64,000 bases of DNA from Escherichia phage VEc33. Below the pieces are notes generated by a model. The model made no database searches. It saw only the letters and a list, made by a program, of their open reading frames with translations, and was not told the origin of the DNA. Positions 36,754 through 45,677 of this stretch are shown here, in pieces. Positions within the stretch are counted from its first letter, which is position 1, and every line of letters begins with the position of its first letter. The stretch lies in sequence record NC_048818.1. One strand, given 5' to 3'. The position numbers were made by a program, and so were the translations under genes.

Positions 36754-36786
36754 CCCCAGTGGATTTTGTCCACTGGGGTTTCTTTT
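36754..36786. terminator. Bidirectional rho-independent terminator at the convergence of early (+) and late (-) units
   Basis: 10 bp perfect stem CCCCAGTGGA/TCCACTGGGG, A-tract upstream and T-tract downstream. Confidence 0.75.
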
Positions 36787-36799
36787 TACTATGTATACA

Positions 36800-39622
36800 T
36801 TATGAGTTATTTGGCTTAATGAGCTCGCTCACAAGTTTTTTCAGTTCAGTTAATTCTTGCTCAAGTTTGTTAACTTTGTCAGCTTGATAACGAAATGCAC
36901 AAGCTAAATCAGCCATAATTACGTTATTATCAAGAGCTAATGTATCGTCCGCTTTATCAACAACAATTTGACGGTCTACATATTCTTCACCTTCTTCATT
37001 AACACCTATAACGTCTGCAAAGATGTCCCCGCCAGGAATTAATTTTACATATTCCGGGTCTATTTTTAGTAGGTCTTGGGCTATTAAACCAAATCGCTGG
37101 ATGTTGCTTCCATTGTACTTAAACATTGTAGGCAGCCACTGCATAACGCGATCATAGCTTTCTTTTCCATCTGTATAGATGATATCGTGCTTTAAATCTC
37201 TGTCAGAGTTAGCGGCCTTTTGAAAAATGAAATTTCCACTTGATGACCATGTAGTTATATCATTTGATGCTGGCTGGAACTGGAAGTTACAGAAAAAATT
37301 ACCATCACCACGAAGCCTTAACGAGCAAAAAGGCCATGCATTATTTCCCTGTGGAATAAGACCCCAAGTTGCGCGAATAGGATAGCCACCGGTGGACTGG
37401 GTTCCCCATGAAAGACCCGGTGCCCAACCACCGTCATTGTTAGCAATAATCTCACCCCAAACAAGAGCATTACCCCAATAGTTAGGATCGTCCCAGCCCA
37501 TCTGTTGTGTCTTCCCTGTGTATTGGGCAGAATGCGTTCTGCCGTCCGGGTAAAACTTGTGCATATAGGCCTGTATCCCTGCTTGATACAATTCTATTCC
37601 AAAAGATTCAACGTGTGTATCGCCTCTTCTGATTAAACCAGCGATAGCGTAATCGTCATACCAGTTGTAACGACTTACACCAGTCCATGTGTTGATTGGT
37701 GGATTCATAATTGAAAACAATTGCGACGCATTTCGCTCATTTCCGTCTACATAAATACCAGCCCCAGGAGCTAAGGAAATACTTTTCGCTCCTGAAAAAG
37801 TACCATTTTCATTAAACTGATAATAGTGAGACAAGTTATTATGAAATACACCTATAGTATGTTTTCCTACGCCAAGTTGAGTTTCAAAGTAAGACTGAGA
37901 AGAACCAATATCCTCGCCTTGTGTATTCTTTAATTTTGAATGGTATATACCTGCGTTTGCAGTAGTTGCATTTTCAGTTTCATTTTCAACAGTAAGACTT
38001 AGGAACTTTGGCGCATGTTTTTCCCCGAGTCCTATATTATTTCTAATACCATTCGCATCCTTAGCACCCGTACCACCAAATTGAATACCTAGGGGTAGCC
38101 ATTGCTCGGTTGTAGCATCATAAACGCCCCAATGATCCCCACCATCTGGAATGGTTAGATACTTGTTTTTATTTGGGGAATATAAAACTGTTTCACCAGA
38201 ATTCTGAAACAGCCTATCAACTCCTAAATTATATCTAGCACCTTCAAGTGTATCCGCTCCAGTACCACCAGCAATAATTGATAATGGAAGAGATTCCCAT
38301 GAGATACCATCACCATTTATGTTTTTCTGGAGTACAATAAGCCCATCATCTCTCATAACAAATCTATATAATCTATTATGCGAGTATAAAAAAGTATGAG
38401 CCCCATCCTGCACAAGTGAGTCTATAAGGAGCGTCTGACGAGAAGCATTAATATCCGACAGATCTGAAAGATTATTTTCTTTTAGTAACGATTTACCAAT
38501 AATACCTTCAGCTTTTCCAGCAGCCACTTCTGCACGTCCAGCGTCGGTAGATGCGCTTTGTGCGCTACTAGCAGCATTACTAGCTTGTTGCCCAGCCTCA
38601 ACAGCACTGTTACCCGCTTGTGTAGCGGAAATAGCAGCGGCGTCTTTTAGCACGGTAGTTTCGGACACAGCGGCATCCTTAATTGCTTGCGTCTCGCTTA
38701 CTGCACTATCCTTAATAGTCTGTGTATCAGACTTTAATTTTTCAACATCTGCTTTTAAAGCTGTTGTTTCACCTACAGCGCTATCTTTAATTAGTTGAGT
38801 ATCTGATTTTAGTTGCTCAACATCTGATTTTAAGCCTTGAATAGTGGTTACTGACTGACTAGCTGAGGTTGCAGAACTAGCTGCGTTAGTCTCACTATCT
38901 TTGGCTTTAGTCTCACTAGTTTTAGCATTTGTTTCACTAGTTTTAGCATTTGTTTCACTAGTTTTAGCATTTGTTTCAGAGGTTTTTGCAGCAGACGCTG
39001 ATGTAGCAGCTTGTGTAGAGAATGTTTCCGCCTCATTCCTAAAACCACTGGAATCCGCAGCGGAAGCGGCAGCATTAGTCTCACTGATTTTTGCTTTATC
39101 TTCACTAATTTTTGCAGCAGCAGCAGATGCAGCAGCATTAGTCTCACTGATTTTTGCTTTATCTTCACTAGCCTTTGCATTAATTTCGCTAGTTTTAGCT
39201 TTATCTTCACTAGCCTTTGCATTAATTTCGCTAGTTTTAGCTTTATCTTCACTAGTCTTTGCATTAGTTTCGGATATTTTAGCTGCTGCAGCGGATTCTG
39301 CAGATCTATCCGCTGATGCAGCAGATTGAGTAGCAGATGTAGCGGACTGAGCGGCAGAGGCTTCAGAAGCTCCAGCAGAAATAGCAGCTTCCTGTTCAGA
39401 GTTCTTAGCGTTAAGTTCTGAAGTCTTAGCAGCTATTTCAGAATCTTTTGCAGCCGCAGCAGATTTAGCAGCGGCCTCTATAGAAGATACTAACTCATTA
39501 GCAGTAATAGAGCTAATAGAATTTCCAAGAGTTACTGTGTATCTAGGAAATTTACTAGCAGTAGCTTTAGTATCATCAATATTTAATATTTGTTGTACAA
39601 TAATCTTAGTAGTTATTGCCAT
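36800..39622 (-). CDS. ltf: L-shaped tail fibre protein (pb1-like) with C-terminal intramolecular chaperone-like domain
   Basis: 940 aa; N-terminal collar-attachment region, long Ala/Ser/Thr/Lys heptad-repeat shaft, Gly-rich distal domain, coiled-coil C-terminus; last gene of the late operon as in T5. Confidence 0.75.
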   Translation of the reverse strand: MAITTKIIVQQILNIDDTKATASKFPRYTVTLGNSISSITANELVSSIEAAAKSAAAAKDSEIAAKTSELNAKNSEQEAAISAGASEASAAQSATSATQSAASADRSAESAAAAKISETNAKTSEDKAKTSEINAKASEDKAKTSEINAKASEDKAKISETNAAASAAAAKISEDKAKISETNAAASAADSSGFRNEAETFSTQAATSASAAKTSETNAKTSETNAKTSETNAKTSETKAKDSETNAASSATSASQSVTTIQGLKSDVEQLKSDTQLIKDSAVGETTALKADVEKLKSDTQTIKDSAVSETQAIKDAAVSETTVLKDAAAISATQAGNSAVEAGQQASNAASSAQSASTDAGRAEVAAGKAEGIIGKSLLKENNLSDLSDINASRQTLLIDSLVQDGAHTFLYSHNRLYRFVMRDDGLIVLQKNINGDGISWESLPLSIIAGGTGADTLEGARYNLGVDRLFQNSGETVLYSPNKNKYLTIPDGGDHWGVYDATTEQWLPLGIQFGGTGAKDANGIRNNIGLGEKHAPKFLSLTVENETENATTANAGIYHSKLKNTQGEDIGSSQSYFETQLGVGKHTIGVFHNNLSHYYQFNENGTFSGAKSISLAPGAGIYVDGNERNASQLFSIMNPPINTWTGVSRYNWYDDYAIAGLIRRGDTHVESFGIELYQAGIQAYMHKFYPDGRTHSAQYTGKTQQMGWDDPNYWGNALVWGEIIANNDGGWAPGLSWGTQSTGGYPIRATWGLIPQGNNAWPFCSLRLRGDGNFFCNFQFQPASNDITTWSSSGNFIFQKAANSDRDLKHDIIYTDGKESYDRVMQWLPTMFKYNGSNIQRFGLIAQDLLKIDPEYVKLIPGGDIFADVIGVNEEGEEYVDRQIVVDKADDTLALDNNVIMADLACAFRYQADKVNKLEQELTELKKLVSELIKPNNS
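38890..39300 (-). repeat. Tandem 21 bp (heptad-coding) repeats inside the tail fibre gene
   Basis: Near-identical 21 bp units (e.g. 38920-38940, 38941-38961, 38962-38982) and 42 bp units further on, encoding (A/S)KTSE(T/I)N-type heptads. Confidence 0.85.
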
Positions 39623-40044
39623 TATCTAGTTACCCCATCACTGATAAATACTTTACCCTCCATTATACGAAAAGAACTAATAGCTGATCCTATGACGTCT
39701 CGTGTCATAATTATATCATAGTATCCTGCAAAACGTTGGCGAGGGTTATACTTATCTCTCTCTTTGGTAGCTTTTTCGCCAATATTATCTACTGCCTCTA
39801 CAGGTAAACTTATAGCTATAGCACCTTGAGCAGCATCAATAATTTTAGTAGTAAAAGATGCCAAAGTTTCCGCATTCTCATCAAGCCCGGCCTTTATAGT
39901 ACCCCTTAGGGAATACCCTGTTAAGTTAACAGGGGTATTTGTAGGTGGATAAGTACTATCATCAACATCTAAGAATTGCATCATTAGACCATAAGGTACT
40001 TTCTCATCTATCACTAAGTCTATAACTCTATTTTCAGTACTCAT
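39622..40044 (-). CDS. Tail collar protein (T5 p132-like)
   Basis: 140 aa, between pb4-like and tail fibre genes, same size and position as T5 p132; Ig-like composition. Confidence 0.55.
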   Translation of the reverse strand: MSTENRVIDLVIDEKVPYGLMMQFLDVDDSTYPPTNTPVNLTGYSLRGTIKAGLDENAETLASFTTKIIDAAQGAIAISLPVEAVDNIGEKATKERDKYNPRQRFAGYYDIIMTRDVIGSAISSFRIMEGKVFISDGVTR

Positions 40045-40050
40045 TATTTA

Positions 40051-42123
40051 TTACCTTATATGGATATACCCACTATTTAGGTCTATCTTCATCTTGTAGT
40101 ATGCCTCAGGATTTCCTGATAACGCAGCGTTCCTATCATAAATGATGTTAACACCGATCTGAGATAAGAAAGCATTTCCTGCTACAATTTTATCTGCCGT
40201 CACCGTCCCGTTAACAATCATGTTTCCGTGGAGAACCATTGCAGGGTTAACCCAACCAGACCCGTTCCATTGCCTTGTAAATGCTGATTGTGGGGCATTA
40301 CTGTTAAATTCAGTTAATACATCATATTTAACTGGGGGAGAACCGAAGTTACTTTGAAAGAAGGAATTAGCTTGTCCATCATCCCAATCACCTAAACCTG
40401 CTATACCTACAGAGTACATCCCAGGACCACGTTGTCCATCATGCCCTATAGTACCTTCAGTACCACTCCACTGAACCACATCTGACCAGCTAGTACCCTC
40501 TAATAACCTATTAGTAACTGGATCAAGTGTACCCGTAGTCGCATAGATATTTTGTGTCATATCTGTACGGTTAGGTGGAGTTTTTGACCAACCAGGAGGT
40601 GGATAATCTTGTTCTAGTGGTTTAGCAGGTAGAGATGTTGCTAACTTATAAACAAATACTGTCTGTTTACCTTGTAAACCAGTTTCAATATCTACGTCAC
40701 CATTTGGTGTCCCAATTACTACACCACTAGAGATACGCAAGGTAGTACCATCATAACGTATCCATTGTGTAGCGTTACCAATGTCTAATTTAGCTTTGGC
40801 AGAGGTATTATCCATACCCATCCAAATACCGGAGTTATTATCCCCCCAAGATTTACCTTGAGTGTAAATTGCTGGGTTATCCTTACCAGATAAGTTAGTC
40901 ATGATAAAGTTCGCAGCATTAATATCTCTAGTAATTACTTTACCATCAACGTTAACAACACGGTTTATAGGGTCGAAAGAAATAGGTGCTTTTCCTTCTT
41001 CATCCAGTAGACCAATGTTAATAGCACCAGTAGCTGCGTCGATTAAGAATGTCTGTCTCCAGATTTCTCCATCTTTCATGCTACCCTTAATAAAGGCATA
41101 ATTAACGTCAATACCTGTCTCATTGACAAAGCTATTGTCTAGAGGAGTATCTTCATTCAATATAAATGTTACAGGAGCTGATTCTGTTATATCTTGCTTA
41201 TTTGGTCCCCAGGCAATTGATGATACCTTAAAAGTATGCTCAACTTTCCATGGGAATGATATAATCGTTGCAGCTCTAGCAGCCCCAACGTTTATCTTTT
41301 GAGCTTTATCCCAGCCAGTCTTAGCGTATTCTTCAGAGTTTATATAAGTAACCAGAAATTCACGGACATTAGCACCCGCACCACGTTCCCAGTCCCACTC
41401 TATTCTGACATCATATCGTTCCTTACCATCTGCAATTCGTGCAGCTTTAAAGGCAATGTTAGTAGGTGCAGTAGGTGGTACAAAATTATAAGCTACAGTG
41501 AAAACGCTAGGATATTCATAATAACCAGATGAGTCAACTGTAACACCATCTGGCATCGTAACTTGACCAGATATTCTGATCTTATAGTCGCCAACGGGAA
41601 CACCACCAAATTTGATAGTAGGTCCCAGCGCGCCTATATAGTATTTAACCCATTCACTATCTTCTGATGCAGTACTTTTTAATTCAATAGTGCAGTAACT
41701 AGCTTCACCAGTAGTCTCTACAACAACTATTGGAGCACCAACACCAACGTCAACGGGTTCTGATTCAGATCTTGCTGCAGTAATTATTGGCTTTTCCTTT
41801 GTTCTAAAGTTAGTTTCATTAGAGAGGTTTATACCAATTTTTGCATTTAAAAGTTCTGAGTCGATAATTGAATCATAGAAAGCCCCCTGAACCTGGTAGG
41901 TGGTTGAGGGGGTTAAATTATTAATCATTACGAAGAAAGTATCTATACCGGTATAATCACGTCTATCTATACTTTCTCCTATTTTTAACCAAAAAGATCT
42001 ACCAATAACATCATAATCAGTATAAATGGAGTGCTGGACATAAGCCAAAGTATATCCAGTCATTATACTATTTAAGACCATTTTGGCTGGTGCATTATTT
42101 GAAATCATTAAATGGATGCCCAC
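40051..42123 (-). CDS. Tail tip/baseplate protein (T5 pb4-like)
   Basis: 690 aa, position and size match T5 pb4. Confidence 0.65.
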   Translation of the reverse strand: MGIHLMISNNAPAKMVLNSIMTGYTLAYVQHSIYTDYDVIGRSFWLKIGESIDRRDYTGIDTFFVMINNLTPSTTYQVQGAFYDSIIDSELLNAKIGINLSNETNFRTKEKPIITAARSESEPVDVGVGAPIVVVETTGEASYCTIELKSTASEDSEWVKYYIGALGPTIKFGGVPVGDYKIRISGQVTMPDGVTVDSSGYYEYPSVFTVAYNFVPPTAPTNIAFKAARIADGKERYDVRIEWDWERGAGANVREFLVTYINSEEYAKTGWDKAQKINVGAARAATIISFPWKVEHTFKVSSIAWGPNKQDITESAPVTFILNEDTPLDNSFVNETGIDVNYAFIKGSMKDGEIWRQTFLIDAATGAINIGLLDEEGKAPISFDPINRVVNVDGKVITRDINAANFIMTNLSGKDNPAIYTQGKSWGDNNSGIWMGMDNTSAKAKLDIGNATQWIRYDGTTLRISSGVVIGTPNGDVDIETGLQGKQTVFVYKLATSLPAKPLEQDYPPPGWSKTPPNRTDMTQNIYATTGTLDPVTNRLLEGTSWSDVVQWSGTEGTIGHDGQRGPGMYSVGIAGLGDWDDGQANSFFQSNFGSPPVKYDVLTEFNSNAPQSAFTRQWNGSGWVNPAMVLHGNMIVNGTVTADKIVAGNAFLSQIGVNIIYDRNAALSGNPEAYYKMKIDLNSGYIHIR

Positions 42124-44957
42124 TCCACAGACTGTTCTCCATCATCCCCTTCTGCCCTAATACGAAAATACAATTTTCTATTTATACCTAGAGCACCGCT
42201 GTTCTGGAGAGCAAAGTCTGCCTTATTATATGTTAATAAATAGTCATAAGTATACTGATTTTCAATACGTACACTTCTTAACATCCTATTTTGCGAATCG
42301 TGTATTTCAAGTGTATAAAATATACTCTCTATTATATCTTCTTCAGGTATTCTATCCCAAGCTAGTTTTACATCTGGGCCAACAAACTCAGTTACATCTC
42401 CAGAAGCAGTATTAGTTACCCTAAAATTAGATACTACACTAAGGTTTTTAGCAGAGTTAAGTTCTATAGACAGAGTCACCGGGGAACTTCTTCTACCATT
42501 AATATCTACTGCTCTTATCTCAAATATAGCCAGACCTGCTGGTTCCCCAATTATTTCTTGGATCATACGTTCGTTAGGATTGGTCTCTAACTGTTGTACT
42601 ATGTAAGGTTCGGCATGGCCTGAGTGCACAATAGAGTAATAAACTACATTATTGGTTAGACTCGGAAGCCAGGATAACTCACCATTTTTACCTATAGAGC
42701 CTACTAAACCGCCAGGAGTAGGGGTATACTTAAAGTCCCTAGGAGGAAGGACATTATTACTAATATCGGGAATATCATTACCGCTATTATCAACCTGCTC
42801 AGAGTTGATGAATACATCTTCTCCATACTCCTGTAAGGTAACATTTATCTTACCCTCTCTAGAGTTTTCAACCTCATCAACTAGGAAATACTTTTTGTTC
42901 CACCCGTAACGGTCATACGTGAATGCAATAGCATCATTGGGTTCAATCCCTATGAACTGGTATGGTAATGAGAATGAAAGTGTTCTTGAGTATCTGGATT
43001 TCTTAAGTTCTCTATCCGCAAAACTTCTTGCAGTATAGTAGTTAGTAATATTAGCAAAAGATAGTTGTAATTTTTTATCTAGGTTCTTGTCCTGTTCCTT
43101 ATACTTGGAATTATAGAATGTAATAGAATTAGTTTTCCAGCTAAGGGCGGGATCTACGATAGATGCTTGAACTGAGTTGAATTTATTTCTACCAGTAGTA
43201 TCTGATAGCTCCAAATCACCGTAAGTATCTAGAAAATTAATCTCTAAGGGAGTATTAGAGTATTTTTCTACAGTAACCCTATACTGGCCAGATAAATTGT
43301 TAATAGCCCCACCATAGGACTCTAACAAACCTTGCACATTTTTAAATACTGATTCAGATGTATCCAAAATAGTATTCATTTGTACTATTTGTCTATTTTC
43401 TGCTAGTGGATCAGTCCACCCAACGTATCTCCAATATGGCTGCCAAGATACCTGATAGGATTCATCTATAATATCTAAAATAGCTGCCTCCTGTATTAAT
43501 TGCTGAAGAGGGAACTGATCAATGGTAATATTAGCGCCATATCTATCAGAGGTTAAGTAATCAAGTGTTTGCCAAATACCATTTAAACTAGTACTATTAG
43601 CAGTTACTCTACCATCAGAATGATAGACTTTTACTTTTTTACCTTGAATTTCAGCACTAACTTCTGGAATCTCAGTCCTATTTTCATTAATAGTGAAGCG
43701 CACCACTGCGTATGCAGTATCTAGTAGCTTATATCTAGCATCCCAGTACTCCGGCCCATTGCCATTCATATTCTGAAGGTAGAATCCACGTTCTTTAGCT
43801 ATATCTACTAGTACTTCAGAGGCTGTTTGATCAGATTTTCCGTGATAAGTCCAAATCCTTATGTCACCATTTCCATCATTATACTTATACTCTTGACCAT
43901 GGACGGATGGACTACTAGAAGAGGTTCCAGATGCTATCCTCTGCATTGTATCTCCTGCTATTTTTTTAGTACCAAAGCAGGTTCTAGCGGAGCTGTCATT
44001 AGCATCTACGCAGATCATAGGGTTATCACCAAAGGAGAAATCAAGAAAACCATCAATCTCCCCCTCAGCAAAGGCGTATACGACATAAACTATGTTGGGA
44101 TTGTGTAGTTCTGTATCAGCAAAAATGGGTATTCCAGGAATTTTTTGAACTCCATAAACCACCGGTATGTATTTAGCAGCAAGGTTAAAATCTATATCCA
44201 CTTCCTTAGTGACAGTTTCATAGTATTTTTTAAGGCTGTAGCTTCTAGATAAACCAAATAATTTTTTCTTTGATTTTAGCTTGTATCTTTCTTCTTGAAC
44301 CTGATATTTTGCTAGGATAGAGATACTTTTATTAGAGTGGAAGAACCCATAGTCTTCTTGGTACTCAGGTCTTTTAGCCCCGTTAGATGGAACTAATTGT
44401 CCTGCTACAACTTCAAGCCCCCTATGGGAAGCGTCATCAGTATATCTACCATTAACTCTATCAAAGTCATAGAATTGGTTAGAACAATTCCAGGTAATTG
44501 TAGAGGTTCCTACTCCAGAGGTACTAATGTTATCTTTAATACCCCCTCCAGTAATCCTCCCCCTAAAGTATAGTAAAGGACCATTTGTATCTGGGTCTAC
44601 TGGCAGAATAGAACCATCTTCAGTAATAATTGCTTGATGAATTGATACGGTTCTATCTAAGAAGGATACACCATTTTGTACTAGTTTTAGTACTTCATCC
44701 TGTGCTGTACCAGTAATAGTAAAAGATAGACTACCAATAGATAAATCTCTATTTTGTTTATGTGAGCTAATAGACTTAACTTTACCCGCCTGGTATAAGA
44801 TGCCATTATATAGTACATCTCTAAAATAATCAGTTAAATAGATAAAAGCAGTACTAGTACCAGTAGAGCCAGGTAATTCTAGGGAAATTAGACTAGCAGT
44901 TTTTATTCTGCTATTATTTTTTAAGTAGTTTCTAGCACTATCTAGTATTTTCTTCAT
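42108..44957 (-). CDS. Baseplate hub protein (T5 pb3-like)
   Basis: 949 aa, position and size as T5 pb3. Confidence 0.7.
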   Translation of the reverse strand: MKKILDSARNYLKNNSRIKTASLISLELPGSTGTSTAFIYLTDYFRDVLYNGILYQAGKVKSISSHKQNRDLSIGSLSFTITGTAQDEVLKLVQNGVSFLDRTVSIHQAIITEDGSILPVDPDTNGPLLYFRGRITGGGIKDNISTSGVGTSTITWNCSNQFYDFDRVNGRYTDDASHRGLEVVAGQLVPSNGAKRPEYQEDYGFFHSNKSISILAKYQVQEERYKLKSKKKLFGLSRSYSLKKYYETVTKEVDIDFNLAAKYIPVVYGVQKIPGIPIFADTELHNPNIVYVVYAFAEGEIDGFLDFSFGDNPMICVDANDSSARTCFGTKKIAGDTMQRIASGTSSSSPSVHGQEYKYNDGNGDIRIWTYHGKSDQTASEVLVDIAKERGFYLQNMNGNGPEYWDARYKLLDTAYAVVRFTINENRTEIPEVSAEIQGKKVKVYHSDGRVTANSTSLNGIWQTLDYLTSDRYGANITIDQFPLQQLIQEAAILDIIDESYQVSWQPYWRYVGWTDPLAENRQIVQMNTILDTSESVFKNVQGLLESYGGAINNLSGQYRVTVEKYSNTPLEINFLDTYGDLELSDTTGRNKFNSVQASIVDPALSWKTNSITFYNSKYKEQDKNLDKKLQLSFANITNYYTARSFADRELKKSRYSRTLSFSLPYQFIGIEPNDAIAFTYDRYGWNKKYFLVDEVENSREGKINVTLQEYGEDVFINSEQVDNSGNDIPDISNNVLPPRDFKYTPTPGGLVGSIGKNGELSWLPSLTNNVVYYSIVHSGHAEPYIVQQLETNPNERMIQEIIGEPAGLAIFEIRAVDINGRRSSPVTLSIELNSAKNLSVVSNFRVTNTASGDVTEFVGPDVKLAWDRIPEEDIIESIFYTLEIHDSQNRMLRSVRIENQYTYDYLLTYNKADFALQNSGALGINRKLYFRIRAEGDDGEQSVEWASI

Positions 44958-45568
44958 AAACTTTCCCGTAAATTTAATGAGATGCCGGAATATGTTCCGT
45001 TATTATTTAGTGTAGATCCGAAAGCATCACCATTCATGAGTTTTGTTCTAAATAGTATTCCGTTAAACACTGGTTTCTCAGCCCCAGTAGTAGTTATAAA
45101 TAAATCAGGATATAAGTTTATAGACCACGTATTGCCTGATTTATTGAATGATGTTATTTTATATACTTTTGGGTGGTTAGATAGCTTAAATAGATCCCCA
45201 GGTTTTGGAGTACCTGTTAGGAGCCCTTTTGTATCCATAGTTATAGTAGAACCCTTCTGCCCCGCAGGTATGTTTACTAGACTAGTATTACCTCTAACCC
45301 TGAAGGCCTCATATTGTGGTAGTATAACATCTATATAACCACCGGTCCTTTTGTACTCTAGAATAAAAGCATCTAGAACACTATATTCATCTGGAAATAA
45401 TTCTGGGTAGGAAATATTTATACCCCAGTACTGAGCAGATACCTTAACTTCGTTAACTTTACCATTAGGTAACTCATCACGAATTACTGGGTCATTATCA
45501 ATCAGGTTAACACTTTCGAATCCTAATCCTGAAAGTTCTGGATTCGTGTATGGGTCTGGTAGTCTCAT
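44954..45568 (-). CDS. Distal tail protein (T5 pb9-like)
   Basis: 204 aa, directly downstream of the tape measure gene; strong SD AAGAGGAGAAATTAACT. Confidence 0.7.
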   Translation of the reverse strand: MRLPDPYTNPELSGLGFESVNLIDNDPVIRDELPNGKVNEVKVSAQYWGINISYPELFPDEYSVLDAFILEYKRTGGYIDVILPQYEAFRVRGNTSLVNIPAGQKGSTITMDTKGLLTGTPKPGDLFKLSNHPKVYKITSFNKSGNTWSINLYPDLFITTTGAEKPVFNGILFRTKLMNGDAFGSTLNNNGTYSGISLNLRESL

Positions 45569-45595
45569 AGTTAATTTCTCCTCTTAGATACAATT

Positions 45596-45624
45596 ATTAT
45601 AATAGTATTAGAAAATTTTATCAA
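45596..45624 (-). promoter_or_regulatory. Sigma70-type promoter, minus strand (TTGATA, 17 bp, TATAAT), upstream of pb9-like gene
   Basis: Reverse complement of 45596-45624 reads TTGATA-N17-TATAAT. Confidence 0.55.
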
Positions 45625-45644
45625 GAAATTTTTATTTTTCCATA

Positions 45645-45671
45645 AAGAAAAGGAGGACTCAAAGTCCTCCT
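45645..45671 (-). terminator. Rho-independent terminator (minus strand) after tape measure gene
   Basis: GGAGGAC-loop-GTCCTCC; on minus strand followed by TTTTCTTTATGG. Confidence 0.6.
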
Positions 45672-45677
45672 CCAGTT

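Noticed and set aside
38890-39300. CRISPR-like array
   Set aside because: The only regular tandem repeats in the window are in-frame heptad-coding units in the tail fibre gene, without unique spacers; not a CRISPR array.
38848-39329. Three overlapping ORFs (138, 142, 101 aa) on both strands inside the tail fibre gene
   Set aside because: Produced by the 21 bp tandem repeats, which keep alternative frames open; repetitive low-complexity translations.
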